In this document: in pieces, positions 30,193 through 40,621 of the stretch
Position numbering within the stretch: position 1 is the stretch's first letter
Layout: each line of letters begins with the position of its first letter
Assembly: GCA_964291405.2 (NCBI GenBank)
Contig: OZ219926.1
Span: 2,336,001 to 2,400,000, forward strand
From: Thermodesulfobacteriota bacterium
GTDB taxonomy: Bacteria > Desulfobacterota > Binatia > Bin18
Direction of reading: 5' to 3'
DNA length: 64,000 nucleotides
Notes under the pieces: model-generated
Told to the model about the DNA's origin: nothing
The model's input: the letters and a program-made list of their open reading frames with translations, nothing else
Databases searched by the model: none
Made by a program: the position numbers and the translations under genes

Positions 30193-31437
30193 CTAAAAAG
30201 GCAGCTCAGCGGGCATGAACTCTTCCCGATCAAGGACAATAGCGGTCGCGGTGGTACCCTTGCGGAGAAGGGCCATCTCGGGCGGTCCGATCACCAGACT
30301 CTCTCCGAGAGAAAGCGAACTCAGGACACCGGAGCTCTGGGTGCCGGTTGAATGCGCCACATAGCCGGACCCGTTCCGGGTCAACTGACAGCGGACGAAT
30401 TCCGTCAGGCCCTGGGCCTTGGGAATATCTTCACCAAGGATGACCTGAACGGTCGGAAAGAAGAGCTTGCGATAGCCGGCCATGCGACGCAGCGCGGCCC
30501 AGGTATAGAGATAGAAACACACCAGAGCGGAGACCGGATTGCCTGGCAGTCCAAAATACGGGCGTCCGCGGAGCAGGCCGAACGTCAGCGGCTTACCCGG
30601 CTTTTGGGCGACCCGCCAGAACAGGCGCTCGATGCCAATATCGTCCATGGCCGCTTTGACAAAATCAAAATCCCCAACCGATACCCCGCCGGTCGACAAC
30701 ACGACGTCATGTCGCACGGCCTCTTCGAGCGCGGCGCGCGTTTCTTCCAGACTATCGCGGGCAATGGCCAAGGGAACGGGCTGACCGCCGGCCTCACGCA
30801 CGGCCGCAGCCAGCGTGTAGGCATTGGAGTTCACAATCTGACCCGGTTGCAGCGGTATATCGACTTCGGCCAGTTCATTGCCCGTACTCAAGATGGCGAC
30901 CCTGGGGTGCTGATGAACGAGCACAAAACTGCGTCCGACCGAGGCAAGCAGGCCGATATCCGCCGGTCGGAGGACGCGACCCGGCTTGAGAATCGTCTGA
31001 CCGGGTTGGATGTCCTCACCACTCGCGCGCACATTATTGCCTCTGGAACCGGCCTTGCAAATAAGCACCTGGTCGGGTTGTTCCTGGGTGTCTTCGACCT
31101 TGATGACGGTATCGGCCCCCGGCGGCAGGACCGCGCCGGTCATGATTTTACTCGCCGTCTCGGGTTCGACCGTTTTGGTTGGCACGGCACCGGCTTGAAT
31201 GACTTCCAGGACGGACAGCACAACGGGCTGGTCTGCCTGGGCGGACTGAATGTCATCATGCCGAACGGCATAGCCATCCATGGCTGAGTTTGTAAACGGC
31301 GGGACTTTGCGGACAGACTGGACCTCCTCGGCCAGGACGCGCCCGGTTGCTTCAAACAGACTGATCCGCTCACCAGCCAGCGGAGAGACGGTCTCCAAAA
31401 TCTGGGTCAGGGCCTCATGTACGGAGATCATACGCAT
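30193..31437 (-). CDS. moeA: Molybdopterin molybdotransferase
   Basis: SAMDGYA, TGGVSVGDFD, KPGKP, LPGNP. Confidence 0.96.
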   Translation of the reverse strand: MRMISVHEALTQILETVSPLAGERISLFEATGRVLAEEVQSVRKVPPFTNSAMDGYAVRHDDIQSAQADQPVVLSVLEVIQAGAVPTKTVEPETASKIMTGAVLPPGADTVIKVEDTQEQPDQVLICKAGSRGNNVRASGEDIQPGQTILKPGRVLRPADIGLLASVGRSFVLVHQHPRVAILSTGNELAEVDIPLQPGQIVNSNAYTLAAAVREAGGQPVPLAIARDSLEETRAALEEAVRHDVVLSTGGVSVGDFDFVKAAMDDIGIERLFWRVAQKPGKPLTFGLLRGRPYFGLPGNPVSALVCFYLYTWAALRRMAGYRKLFFPTVQVILGEDIPKAQGLTEFVRCQLTRNGSGYVAHSTGTQSSGVLSSLSLGESLVIGPPEMALLRKGTTATAIVLDREEFMPAELPF

Positions 31438-31452
31438 ACCCGTTTGAGAGCC

Positions 31453-31959
31453 TTACAGCCCACCGGCCTTGACGCGTTCCTGTAGGCGTCGGTCTTTGTC
31501 TCGCGTCTTTTCAACCAGTTCGGCTTTGAAGGCCTGAAACCGTTCTAGCAGACCGGCATTGCTAGTTGCCAGGATTTGAATGGCCAGCAGGCCGGCGTTG
31601 CGAGCCCCATCAATAGCGACGGTCGCAACCGGTACGCCAGCCGGCATCTGAACAATGGACAGCAGGGAGTCCTGGCCGCTTAGGGCCGCGCTCTTTATCG
31701 GCACCCCGATAACCGGCAGGGGGGTATGGCCGGCAACGACCCCCGCCAGATGGGCGGCTCCCCCAGCTCCGGCAATAATGACCTTGAGGCCCCGCTCAAC
31801 CGCCTGACTCGCATAGTCGGTGGCATCGTGCGGTGTCCGATGGGCGGACAGGACGCGGATTTCATACCCAACCTCAAACTCCTCACAGACTTTGGCCGCT
31901 TCTTTCATCGTATCGAGGTCTGAGTCACTGCCCATAATAATACCGATCTGGGGGGTCAT
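31453..31959 (-). CDS. purE: N5-CAIR mutase
   Basis: [30 protein letters not shown]. Confidence 0.97.
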   Translation of the reverse strand: MTPQIGIIMGSDSDLDTMKEAAKVCEEFEVGYEIRVLSAHRTPHDATDYASQAVERGLKVIIAGAGGAAHLAGVVAGHTPLPVIGVPIKSAALSGQDSLLSIVQMPAGVPVATVAIDGARNAGLLAIQILATSNAGLLERFQAFKAELVEKTRDKDRRLQERVKAGGL

Positions 31960-31971
31960 GTTTTCTCCTTT

Positions 31972-33405
31972 TCATTCCTGTGTAGGGGTGACGTGTGTGT
32001 CGTCCCTGTGATCAACAAGTGATTCCAATATATGCTCCAAATGCACACCGCGGGAGCCTTTGATCAGCATGAGTTGCGGCCCGTCGGCCTGCCGTATCAG
32101 AGCGCGGACGCACGGGGCTGCTGCTGTTGCGTCGGGAAAGACATGGGCCGGGAGCCCTGCCCGAACCGCAGCTTCGGCAAGCAGCGGAGCGTACTGGCCA
32201 ACCGTCACCAGGGCGTCCGACGCGGGTGTGAGCCCAGCGATATAGGCACCGATCTCTTTGTGCCGCAGCTCGCTGACTGTCCCCAATTCGAGCATATCGC
32301 CCAGGACGAGGAGCAGGCGCTCACCACTATTCCGAATCGTATTGGCGGTCTGGAGCGCGTGCTGCATGGAGGCCGGATTCGCATTATAACAGTCGTCCAG
32401 CACGGTGAGTTGGTACGCTGGTACGCGGCACGAAGCGAGACGGCGGGGCGCCCCCTGGGCGGTCCGTAGCGTTGTACAGGCCGCATCAAGGTCCAAACCA
32501 TTCTCTAGAACTGCGGCCATGGTCGCGAGGGCCGCGGGGACGCAATGGGAGCCGATGAGCGGCAGTTGTACCTGGTGGCGCTGTCCCTGGACGTGCAGTT
32601 CGAAACACGTCCCCGTCCGCGAGACCTGAATCCGCGAGGCCCGCACCTGATTGGTAGGCTGTTCACCAAAGGTGACAATTCGGCACCGGGCCTGCTGCTG
32701 GGCAGCGGCCAGCAGCACGGGATCGTCGCCATTGATAATGGCCACCCCGTCGGGCGGCAGGGCCGTGAGGAGTTCGGTTTCAGCGGCCAGTACTCCGGCC
32801 AAGTCGCCGAGCGTCTCGGTGTGCTCTTCGCTAATGGAGGTAATGACGCCAATATGAGGTTGTGCAAAGCGGCCCAACAGGGTCAGCTCTCCGGGACCGC
32901 TCGTCCCCATTTCCAGGACCAGGAAGGCGTCCTCCGGCGCGGCACACAGCAGGGTCAGCGGCAGGCCAATGTGATTATTCAGATTTCCCTGGGTCGCCCG
33001 GCTAGGTCGTTGGGCGGTAAAGACCTGGGCCATCAGTTCTTTAGTCGTTGTTTTGCCGTTGCTGCCGGCGATCCCAATCACCCGCGCGGGCAGCCGCTGG
33101 CGGTGCCAGGTAGCGAGGTCCTGGAGCGCGATCAGTGGGTCGGGGACTTCGATTCCGGTGGCGTCGTCCGGCGGTGCGACCGGGAAAGTCGGCGAAAAAA
33201 GAAAGCCGGCCGCGCCGCACTCCACCGCAGCCAGGATATAGCTATGCCCATTGACCCGTTCGCCAGCGAGCGGGACGAACAACGCCTGAGGGGCAATATG
33301 GCGCGAATCAATGCTGACCGAGGTAAAGAGCGTGTCCGGACGCCCCCACCTGAGCGTTCCTCCGGTAGCGGTACAGATGTCGTGTGCGCGCAGTACAACT
33401 CCCAC
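31972..33405 (-). CDS. murF: UDP-MurNAc-tripeptide:D-Ala-D-Ala ligase
   Basis: GSNGKTTTKE, NNHIGLP, DDCYNANP, LGDMLELG, KGSRG. Confidence 0.94.
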   Translation of the reverse strand: MGVVLRAHDICTATGGTLRWGRPDTLFTSVSIDSRHIAPQALFVPLAGERVNGHSYILAAVECGAAGFLFSPTFPVAPPDDATGIEVPDPLIALQDLATWHRQRLPARVIGIAGSNGKTTTKELMAQVFTAQRPSRATQGNLNNHIGLPLTLLCAAPEDAFLVLEMGTSGPGELTLLGRFAQPHIGVITSISEEHTETLGDLAGVLAAETELLTALPPDGVAIINGDDPVLLAAAQQQARCRIVTFGEQPTNQVRASRIQVSRTGTCFELHVQGQRHQVQLPLIGSHCVPAALATMAAVLENGLDLDAACTTLRTAQGAPRRLASCRVPAYQLTVLDDCYNANPASMQHALQTANTIRNSGERLLLVLGDMLELGTVSELRHKEIGAYIAGLTPASDALVTVGQYAPLLAEAAVRAGLPAHVFPDATAAAPCVRALIRQADGPQLMLIKGSRGVHLEHILESLVDHRDDTHVTPTQE

Positions 33406-33521
33406 AATGGGCCAACTCTATCGAGGCAGCCTAGGCGTCGCAAGCGTACAGGGTCAGAGCGTTTCCCTGGAATACGGTACGCTCCGTTGCTCTCCTGGTC
33501 GTAGCGTGTCACCATGTGCGC

Positions 33522-34844
33522 ATGAGCCAGCGGGAAGAACAGGCCAGGACGATTGTGCAGACGCTGCATCGACATGGCTATACGGCCTATTTTGCCGGCG
33601 GCTGTGTGCGGGATCGCCTGCTGGGCATTCAGGCCAAAGACTTCGATATCGCTACGAATGCCCGGACCACCGAGGTCCGCGCCCTATTTCCGCAGACGAT
33701 CCCGGTCGGGGCTCAGTTCGGGGTTGTCCTCGTCGTCCTGGAGAGCGTTCCCTATGAGGTGGCGACCTTTCGGGCGGACGGTACCTATCGTGATGGCCGT
33801 CACCCGGTGGCGGTCCGCTTCAGCACGGACCGGGAGGATGCGCTGAGACGTGATTTCACGATTAACGGCATGTTTTTTGACCCGCTGACGGACACGATCA
33901 TCGATTATGTTGGCGGGCAAACAGATCTGAATAACCGGATCATTCGAGCCATTGGGGAGCCGGCGGCGCGCTTTCACGAAGATCGCATACGCCTGCTGCG
34001 GGCCGTCCGCCTTGCCGCCCGGCTGGGCTTCGCTATCGAGCCCGAGACCTGGCGGGCCGTGGGCCAGTTCGCTCCGACGCTGACCGACATGGCCTGGGAG
34101 CGGATCGGCGACGAGGTGGTGAAACTCCTGACCGAAGGAGGTGCACGCTCGGGGATGGAGATGTTGGTGGAGTCAGGCCTGCTGGCGGCCGCGCTGCCTG
34201 AGGTTCTGGCGCTACGCGGGGTGGCGCAGTCGCCCGATTTTCATCCCGAGGGCGATGTGTTTGTTCACACACTGTTAGTTCTGCACCAGCTCGACACCCT
34301 GGCACAGCCGAGCGAGAGCCTGGCCCTGGGAGCGCTGCTCCACGACATCGCTAAACCACACTGCCAGCAGCGGGCCGGAGAGCGCATCACCTTTCACGGC
34401 CACTGTGAGTCCGGTGCGGAGATGGCGGTCGATATATGTCAGCGTCTGAAACGCTCACGCGTGACCTGGGAGCGGGTGGCCTTTCTCGTCAAAAACCATC
34501 TGCGGCTGCTGGATGCACCCCGCATGCGAGCGGCAACGCTCAAGCGCTTCCTACGCCTCGACGGTATTGGAGAGCTGCTGGACCTCGCCCGCCTGGACGC
34601 CTTGGCGTCGCACGGCAATCTTGAGGCGTATACCTTCTGCCGTCAAAAACTGCTTGCGCTTGACCCTGAGGAACTGCATCCGCCCCGGCTGTTGAATGGC
34701 CGGGACCTGATCCAGCTCGGATTTCAGCCCGGTCCGCAGTTCTCCACTATCCTGAGGGCTCTGGAGGAAGCCCAACTCGAAGGCCGGGTGCGCACCCGAC
34801 GGGCCGCGCTCTCCTGGGTGCACCAAAACTGGCAGCATCCCTAA
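33522..34844 (+). CDS. cca: CCA tRNA nucleotidyltransferase with HD domain
   Basis: GGCVRD..D.DIAT, RRDFTIN, EDRIRLLRA.R, HPEGDVFVHT, LLHDIAK. Confidence 0.9.
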   Translation: MSQREEQARTIVQTLHRHGYTAYFAGGCVRDRLLGIQAKDFDIATNARTTEVRALFPQTIPVGAQFGVVLVVLESVPYEVATFRADGTYRDGRHPVAVRFSTDREDALRRDFTINGMFFDPLTDTIIDYVGGQTDLNNRIIRAIGEPAARFHEDRIRLLRAVRLAARLGFAIEPETWRAVGQFAPTLTDMAWERIGDEVVKLLTEGGARSGMEMLVESGLLAAALPEVLALRGVAQSPDFHPEGDVFVHTLLVLHQLDTLAQPSESLALGALLHDIAKPHCQQRAGERITFHGHCESGAEMAVDICQRLKRSRVTWERVAFLVKNHLRLLDAPRMRAATLKRFLRLDGIGELLDLARLDALASHGNLEAYTFCRQKLLALDPEELHPPRLLNGRDLIQLGFQPGPQFSTILRALEEAQLEGRVRTRRAALSWVHQNWQHP

Positions 34845-36436
34845 GAAGCCTGAGCAGTGTGCTCCGATGGAGGGAGTGTCAACGGCAGGACGACCCGGAC
34901 TGTGGTTCCGTGATTGACCTTGCTCTCGATCCGGAGTGCGCCGTTATGGGCCATGACAATATGTTTGACAATGGCCAGCCCCAAACCTGTTCCCCCCAAC
35001 TCGCGAGAACGGGCTTTATCCACCCGATAAAAACGCTGGGTCAGACGCGGAATATTGGCTTCCGGGATACCACAGCCAGTATCGGCTATGGCAATCTCCA
35101 GCCAGCCCTGTGCGCCGTTGCCTATGACATCAAGGGCGCTAACATCATGTGCCTCACGAGCGTGCTCCGCGGAGGCGGAATGTCCCCACCATGCCGGTGG
35201 CTCTCCTGCGTCGTCACGCGCAGGGTGCAGTGCCGCGGTGACCGTGACCTGACCCTGAGCTGGTGTATATTTGACCGCGTTGTCGATCAGGTTGATCAGG
35301 ACTTGGTGCAGGCGATCCCGATCTCCTCTCACGGTTGGGAGGGCGGGCGGGATATGCTGAGAGAGGGTGACCCTCCCTCGCTGGGCTTTCTCCTGTAGTA
35401 CATCAAACACTTCCTGGACGAGTTCAGGAATATGGAGTTCCTTCCGATGGAGCTCGGTCTGCCCCAATTCCAGGTTGGATAAAGTCAGGAGGTCGTCTAT
35501 GAGGCGGCTGAGACGCTCCGAGTGCCGGTCAATAATCGTGAGGAAGCGGGTCGCGTGCTCGGGGTCGTGGAGGGCACCCGTGAGCAGGGTTTCCGCATAG
35601 CCTTTGATCGCGGTGAGCGGGGTCCGGAGTTCGTGCGACACGTTGGCCACAAAGTCGGCCCGGATGGATTCGAGCTGTTTGATCGGGGTCAGATCGTGAC
35701 AGCTTAACACATGCCCGCTGGTCGTTGGCTGGCTTTCCCGAGGCGCCCCATATCCCCCGCTCTGGGGCAGGCGCAAGACGCTCACGGCGAGCTGTCGCGG
35801 CTCCTGACCCTCAACTTCGATTTCCTGGGTAACGCCCTCCGCCGATTCTGCGGACAAAAGCTGGTGTAGAACGGGATGGCGGGAAAATTCCTGAAAGGGT
35901 CGGCCCTGCCAGTCTTCCGTTGGGTCCAAACCAAACAAGTGCAGAGCGGCCGGGTTACAGCGCACGATGTTGCCATGCGGATCAATCACAACAAGGCCTT
36001 CAGCCATGCTGTGGAGCAGGGCTTCGAGTTCTTTCTTCTCGTTTTGAAGCTGCTGAAGGTGTTGGCTTTGCGTGGTGAAGAGTCGGGAGAGCTGGTACTC
36101 GATGGTGCCCAACAGGTCGTTTTTTCGGACAGGGAGGGTGGGTGGCGGGACGCGGTTCGGGACAAAAGAGTAATCGTGTCCAGCATCTGTAGGTCTGTTG
36201 GAGGACACGGTTACTCTTTCCGCCAGAAAGGCACTGAGCGCGCTCAAACGCTGCCGGAACTGTGCCCGCTGACGCAGCGCAGTACCTAGGGCGCCAAGAC
36301 CACAGGCAAGGGCTCCATACCAGACCCACTGCGGCCGGGCGTCCGCAGGAAAGAGTAAAAGGAGATGGAGCAGGAGTAGGGCCAGCAAAGCGAGACCGAC
36401 CGGAAACAGAACGGCAAAGGTAATATTGTCTCTCAC
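34841..36436 (-). CDS. phoR: Phosphate regulon sensor kinase
   Basis: Two TM helices, PAS, ANVSHELRTPLT, RFYRVDKARSR..GGTGLGL; lies in the pst operon. Confidence 0.93.
   Translation of the reverse strand: MRDNITFAVLFPVGLALLALLLLHLLLLFPADARPQWVWYGALACGLGALGTALRQRAQFRQRLSALSAFLAERVTVSSNRPTDAGHDYSFVPNRVPPPTLPVRKNDLLGTIEYQLSRLFTTQSQHLQQLQNEKKELEALLHSMAEGLVVIDPHGNIVRCNPAALHLFGLDPTEDWQGRPFQEFSRHPVLHQLLSAESAEGVTQEIEVEGQEPRQLAVSVLRLPQSGGYGAPRESQPTTSGHVLSCHDLTPIKQLESIRADFVANVSHELRTPLTAIKGYAETLLTGALHDPEHATRFLTIIDRHSERLSRLIDDLLTLSNLELGQTELHRKELHIPELVQEVFDVLQEKAQRGRVTLSQHIPPALPTVRGDRDRLHQVLINLIDNAVKYTPAQGQVTVTAALHPARDDAGEPPAWWGHSASAEHAREAHDVSALDVIGNGAQGWLEIAIADTGCGIPEANIPRLTQRFYRVDKARSRELGGTGLGLAIVKHIVMAHNGALRIESKVNHGTTVRVVLPLTLPPSEHTAQAS
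36165..36219. repeat. 54-bp palindromic element, copy 5 (inside phoR)
   Basis: AAAGAGTAATCGTGTCC...GGACACGGTTACTCTTT; read as ERVTVSSNRPTDAGHDYSF. Confidence 0.9.
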
Positions 36437-36471
36437 ACGAACGGGCTGTGTTGCATCCGGTAGCCACGCGA

Positions 36472-37272
36472 TTAGGGCTCGAGCGCCTCCGGATTAAATT
36501 TATACCCAACCCCCCGCACGGTCAGGAGCAGACTGGGGTTGGCGTCATCTTGCTCAATACGCTTCCGCAGGCGGCGGATATGGACATCGACCGTGCGGGG
36601 CTCAATATAGACGTTATGCCCCCACACCAGATCAAGGATTTGGGTCCGGCTGAAAACGCGGTTGGGGGACTGGACGAAAAATTTAAGCAGTTCAAACTCG
36701 CGCAGACCCAGTTCCAGCGGATTGCCATCGAGCTTCACTTCGTAGGTATCGTAATCGATCTGCAGGCGACCACGGACATACATCTGATGCGGCTGGTCCG
36801 TCGGCGGCCCATAGGTCCGTCGCAAGACCGCCTTGACCCGAGCGACGAGTTCGCGCGGACTGAAGGGCTTGGTCATATAGTCGTCCGCCCCCATTTCGAG
36901 GCCCAGGACTTTATCGACCTCGGAGGCGCGCGCCGTCAGCATCAAAATCGGGACGGTGGCCATCTTGTCCTGTGCGCGCAACGTTCGACACACCTCAAGG
37001 CCGGACAGGCCGGGCAGCATGAGGTCGAGAATAATAAGCGCCGGACGTTCAACCATGGCAAGATGCAGACTCACTTCGCCGTCACTCGCTTCGAGAACGG
37101 TAAAACCTTCGGTTTCCAGATGATATCGAACCAGGTCACGGATATCTTTTTCATCTTCAATGATCAGCACTTTCCGCTTGGGCAAAGAGGAAACATCCCC
37201 AGCATCTGCGTGTCTATTGGAGGACACGTTTCCTCTTCCCGCCGCCTCCGCTGTCTGCTGTTGTCCCGCCAT
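36472..37272 (-). CDS. phoB: Phosphate regulon response regulator
   Basis: OmpR family (DLMLP, GADDYMTKPF, RTVDVHIRRLR); SD AGAGGAGG; N-terminal extension. Confidence 0.93.
   Translation of the reverse strand: MAGQQQTAEAAGRGNVSSNRHADAGDVSSLPKRKVLIIEDEKDIRDLVRYHLETEGFTVLEASDGEVSLHLAMVERPALIILDLMLPGLSGLEVCRTLRAQDKMATVPILMLTARASEVDKVLGLEMGADDYMTKPFSPRELVARVKAVLRRTYGPPTDQPHQMYVRGRLQIDYDTYEVKLDGNPLELGLREFELLKFFVQSPNRVFSRTQILDLVWGHNVYIEPRTVDVHIRRLRKRIEQDDANPSLLLTVRGVGYKFNPEALEP
37184..37238. repeat. 54-bp palindromic element, copy 6 (inside the phoB N-terminus)
   Basis: AAAGAGGAAACATCCCC...GGACACGTTTCCTCTTC; read as GRGNVSSNRHADAGDVSSL. Confidence 0.88.
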
Positions 37273-37285
37273 AACCTCCTCTGTT

Positions 37286-38041
37286 TTAGACTGACTCGGG
37301 TAAGGGCGAGATATGGCGTATGCTCTTGCCCTTTGCCAGATAGATCACCATCTCGGCGATATTGGTGGCGTGGTCCGCAACCCGCTCAAGGTATTTGGCG
37401 ATAAACAATATCCGCATGGCGCGGCTGGCGTATTCGGGTTCCCGCCGCATCTGAGACAGCATAGTGTTGAAAATCTGAGCGGTGAGATCATCAATCCGGT
37501 CATCGCGCTGGCATACACTCAGGGCGAGGTCGGGCGCCTCGGCCACAAAATCGCTGAGTTTGTCTCCGAGGGAGACGCGCGTATCGGGGGCAGCAGTGAC
37601 ATCAGAAGAGGACTGCAAAAACGCGTCGAGGCTGTCGCGCAGCATAGCCCGGGCGCCCTCGGCCATTTCGGGTAATTCCGGCCGCGGGGCGAGGGGCGCT
37701 TCCTTATTGAGCTCGATCGCCCGCTCACAGATATTCTCAGCAATATCGCCGATACGCTCAAGATCGGTGGAAATCCGCAGACTGGTGGTAATAAAGCGTA
37801 AATCCCGAGCGGCCGGTTGATGCAGGGCGAGCAGGCGGATACAGGCTTCATCAATGGCGACATCAAGATAGTTGACCATATGGTCACGCTCTATGACCTC
37901 GTGGGCGGTCTGCGAGTCGCGCTCGACGAACGAGGTGAAGGCATCCCCAATCTGCTTTTCAACCAACCCGCCCATTTCCAACACCTTGGCCCGAAGCTGC
38001 TGAAGTTCTTCTTCGTACTGGCTATCCGTATGAAGTGGCAT
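37286..38041 (-). CDS. phoU: Phosphate signalling protein PhoU
   Basis: QPAARDLR, DLERIGD, LERVADHATNIAE. Confidence 0.96.
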   Translation of the reverse strand: MPLHTDSQYEEELQQLRAKVLEMGGLVEKQIGDAFTSFVERDSQTAHEVIERDHMVNYLDVAIDEACIRLLALHQPAARDLRFITTSLRISTDLERIGDIAENICERAIELNKEAPLAPRPELPEMAEGARAMLRDSLDAFLQSSSDVTAAPDTRVSLGDKLSDFVAEAPDLALSVCQRDDRIDDLTAQIFNTMLSQMRREPEYASRAMRILFIAKYLERVADHATNIAEMVIYLAKGKSIRHISPLPESV

Positions 38042-38054
38042 AAGGCCTCCGCTT

Positions 38055-38912
38055 CTAGCCGAATCGGCCGGTAATATAGTCTTCAGTTGCCTGTTTTTCC
38101 GGGGTAGTGAATAATTTTTCGGTCTTTCCGAACTCTATCAATTCACCCAAATACATAAAAGCGGTGAAATCCGAGACTCGTGCGGCCTGCTGCATATTGT
38201 GGGTGACGATGACAATCGTATACTGCTTTTTCAGCTCATGGATAAGTTCTTCAATTTTTGTCGTGGCAATCGGATCCAGGGCGGAGCAGGGTTCATCCAT
38301 CAGAACGACTTCGGGCTCAACCGCAATGGTCCGGGCGATGCACAGGCGTTGGTGCTGCCCACCGGATAAACCCAGCGCATTGTCGTGCAGCCGATCCTTG
38401 GCTTCTTCCCAGAGGGCGGCGGCGCGCAGACTCTTCTCAACGATATCATCCAACTGCGCCTTGTTGTGGATACCGAGCACCCGTGGCCCGTAGGCAACGT
38501 TTTCATAGATGGTCTTGGGAAAGGGGTTCGGCTTTTGGAATACCATGCCGACCCGTTTGCGCAGCTCGGTGACGTCAAGCGTTTGATCGAGAATTTGGAT
38601 GCCGCCCACGATAATACTGCCGCTGGTCGTACAGCCGTCGATCAGGTCGTTCAAGCGGTTTAGGCAGCGCAGCAGGGTGGACTTGCCGCAGCCCGACGGG
38701 CCGATGAAGGCCGTTACCTGGCCTCTGGCGATATCCATATCGATATGCTTGAGGGTCTGGGTCCTGCCGTCGTAGCTGAGACACACGTCCCGAATTTCAA
38801 CTTCGATATTGTCCCGCGTGCCGAGAGCGGTGGGGTCATGGCCGTTGCCCGAATCCGGTCGCGGCGGCAGGGTTACGGCGTGCCCGACTGGAGATTTTTC
38901 CTGGCTTTCCAT
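38055..38912 (-). CDS. pstB: Phosphate ABC transporter ATPase
   Basis: [33 protein letters not shown]. Confidence 0.97.
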   Translation of the reverse strand: MESQEKSPVGHAVTLPPRPDSGNGHDPTALGTRDNIEVEIRDVCLSYDGRTQTLKHIDMDIARGQVTAFIGPSGCGKSTLLRCLNRLNDLIDGCTTSGSIIVGGIQILDQTLDVTELRKRVGMVFQKPNPFPKTIYENVAYGPRVLGIHNKAQLDDIVEKSLRAAALWEEAKDRLHDNALGLSGGQHQRLCIARTIAVEPEVVLMDEPCSALDPIATTKIEELIHELKKQYTIVIVTHNMQQAARVSDFTAFMYLGELIEFGKTEKLFTTPEKQATEDYITGRFG

Positions 38913-38925
38913 ACTCACTCTCCCT

Positions 38926-40554
38926 TTAGAAGGCGCCAAAGCGTAAGCGGCTACGTAAGCGGTTCCGAATCGCAATCGCAGCCAGGTTCAAGGCAATGAC
39001 AATCACAATCAGCAGCAGGGTCGTCATAAAGACCATGGGCTTGGCCGCCTCGACATTCGGCGACTGGAAGCCGACATCGTAAATATGAAACCCCAGATGC
39101 ATAAATTTTCGTTCCAGATGAAAGAACGGCCAATGGCCGTCAACGGGCAGGGTTGGGGCCAGTTTGACCACGCCGGTGATCATCAGCGGAGCGACTTCCC
39201 CGGCGCCACGGGCCATAGCCAGAATCGTCCCGGTCAGGATGCCCGGCAAAGCGCCGGGAATCACAATTTTTCGGAGGGTCTCCCACTTGGTCGCGCCCAG
39301 CGCCAACGAGCCCTCCCGCCACTCTGTTGGGATGGCGGACAAGGATTCTTCGGTGGCGACAATCACCACCGGGACGGTCAGCAAGGCCAAGGTCAACGAA
39401 GCCCACAGAATCCCGCCGGTGCCATAGGTCGGGGTGGGCAGGGAATCCTGGTAGAAGAGCTGGTCCAGCGACCCGCCGATCATATACACAAAAAACCCGA
39501 GGCCAAAGACGCCAAACACAATCGAGGGCACGCCGGCGAGGTTGTTGACCGCAATCCGGACGGCGCGGACCAGCGGACCTTGCTTGGCATATTCGCGTAG
39601 ATACAGGGCGGCGACCACGCCAAAAGGAACCACCACAATGCTCATGATGATGACCATCATGACCGTCCCGAAAATAGCGGGGAACACGCCGCCCTCGGTG
39701 TTGGCCTCGCGCGGGTCTTCCCAAAAGAATTCCCAGAAGCGCGTCACGTACAGGCCGAGGCGTTCAAACCAGTTCATATCGTTGGGCAGAAAACCACGCA
39801 CCACACCGGCGATAGCCAGCTCTTTTTCTTTGCCGTTAATGTCCTGCACAGTCATGTGATAGCGCGAGTTTTCTTGGTATAACGCGGCGAGTTCCTGGGC
39901 TTTTTCCTCGTAGGCCAGTTGCAAAGAGGCGATGGCCTCCTCAAGCGCGGCAATTTTTTCGGCGGCCCTGGTGGGGTCGGCCTCGCTGCGCTGGGTGCGT
40001 TTGACCTCGATGCGCAGTTGTTCGAGCTCGTAGTTAATATCCCCAATATCTTTCTTTTCGATGGCGTGGATATCGTCCAGCGTGTCTTGGGTCCGGGCGT
40101 GGAGTTCCAGGAATTTTGGCCAGGCCTGGTCAAAACCCTCGGCGACGATTTCTCCGTCCTGTCGCACCGTGGTGAGAAAGCCAAAAAACGGGCCCCATTC
40201 ATACCGTTCCAAATATATCGCCTGCTCCGGAAACGCATGCCCGGTCATCAGGCTGTCATCCACCCAGCGAAAATCGGAGCCGTACAGGTCACGGTTGGCG
40301 ACCTGGAATTGCGTCCGGTAGTATTCCCGGACGGCTCCGGTCTGTTGCGGAATAGCCTCCTGGGCACGGACCGACCCCAGGAGCTTTTGTCCGTTCTGAA
40401 GGTCAACGGCCCTGAGTTGGTCGGGCCAGAAGAACCCGAGCGCATTGGCCCCAACGATCCAAATGAGGGCAGCGATCATAAGCAGACTGAAGACCAGAGT
40501 GCCCCCCGTCATCCAGATGAACGGGTCGCCGCTGCGTAGAAAGCCTTTGAACAT
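38926..40554 (-). CDS. pstA: Phosphate ABC transporter permease (long form)
   Basis: [30 protein letters not shown]; start placed at MFKGF. Confidence 0.94.
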   Translation of the reverse strand: MFKGFLRSGDPFIWMTGGTLVFSLLMIAALIWIVGANALGFFWPDQLRAVDLQNGQKLLGSVRAQEAIPQQTGAVREYYRTQFQVANRDLYGSDFRWVDDSLMTGHAFPEQAIYLERYEWGPFFGFLTTVRQDGEIVAEGFDQAWPKFLELHARTQDTLDDIHAIEKKDIGDINYELEQLRIEVKRTQRSEADPTRAAEKIAALEEAIASLQLAYEEKAQELAALYQENSRYHMTVQDINGKEKELAIAGVVRGFLPNDMNWFERLGLYVTRFWEFFWEDPREANTEGGVFPAIFGTVMMVIIMSIVVVPFGVVAALYLREYAKQGPLVRAVRIAVNNLAGVPSIVFGVFGLGFFVYMIGGSLDQLFYQDSLPTPTYGTGGILWASLTLALLTVPVVIVATEESLSAIPTEWREGSLALGATKWETLRKIVIPGALPGILTGTILAMARGAGEVAPLMITGVVKLAPTLPVDGHWPFFHLERKFMHLGFHIYDVGFQSPNVEAAKPMVFMTTLLLIVIVIALNLAAIAIRNRLRSRLRFGAF

Positions 40555-40621
40555 GCCACCCCCCCTCTTCCCCCCCAAAGGGGGGGATGGGTATTGATGC
40601 GGCACCACGGACGCCGAAGAA

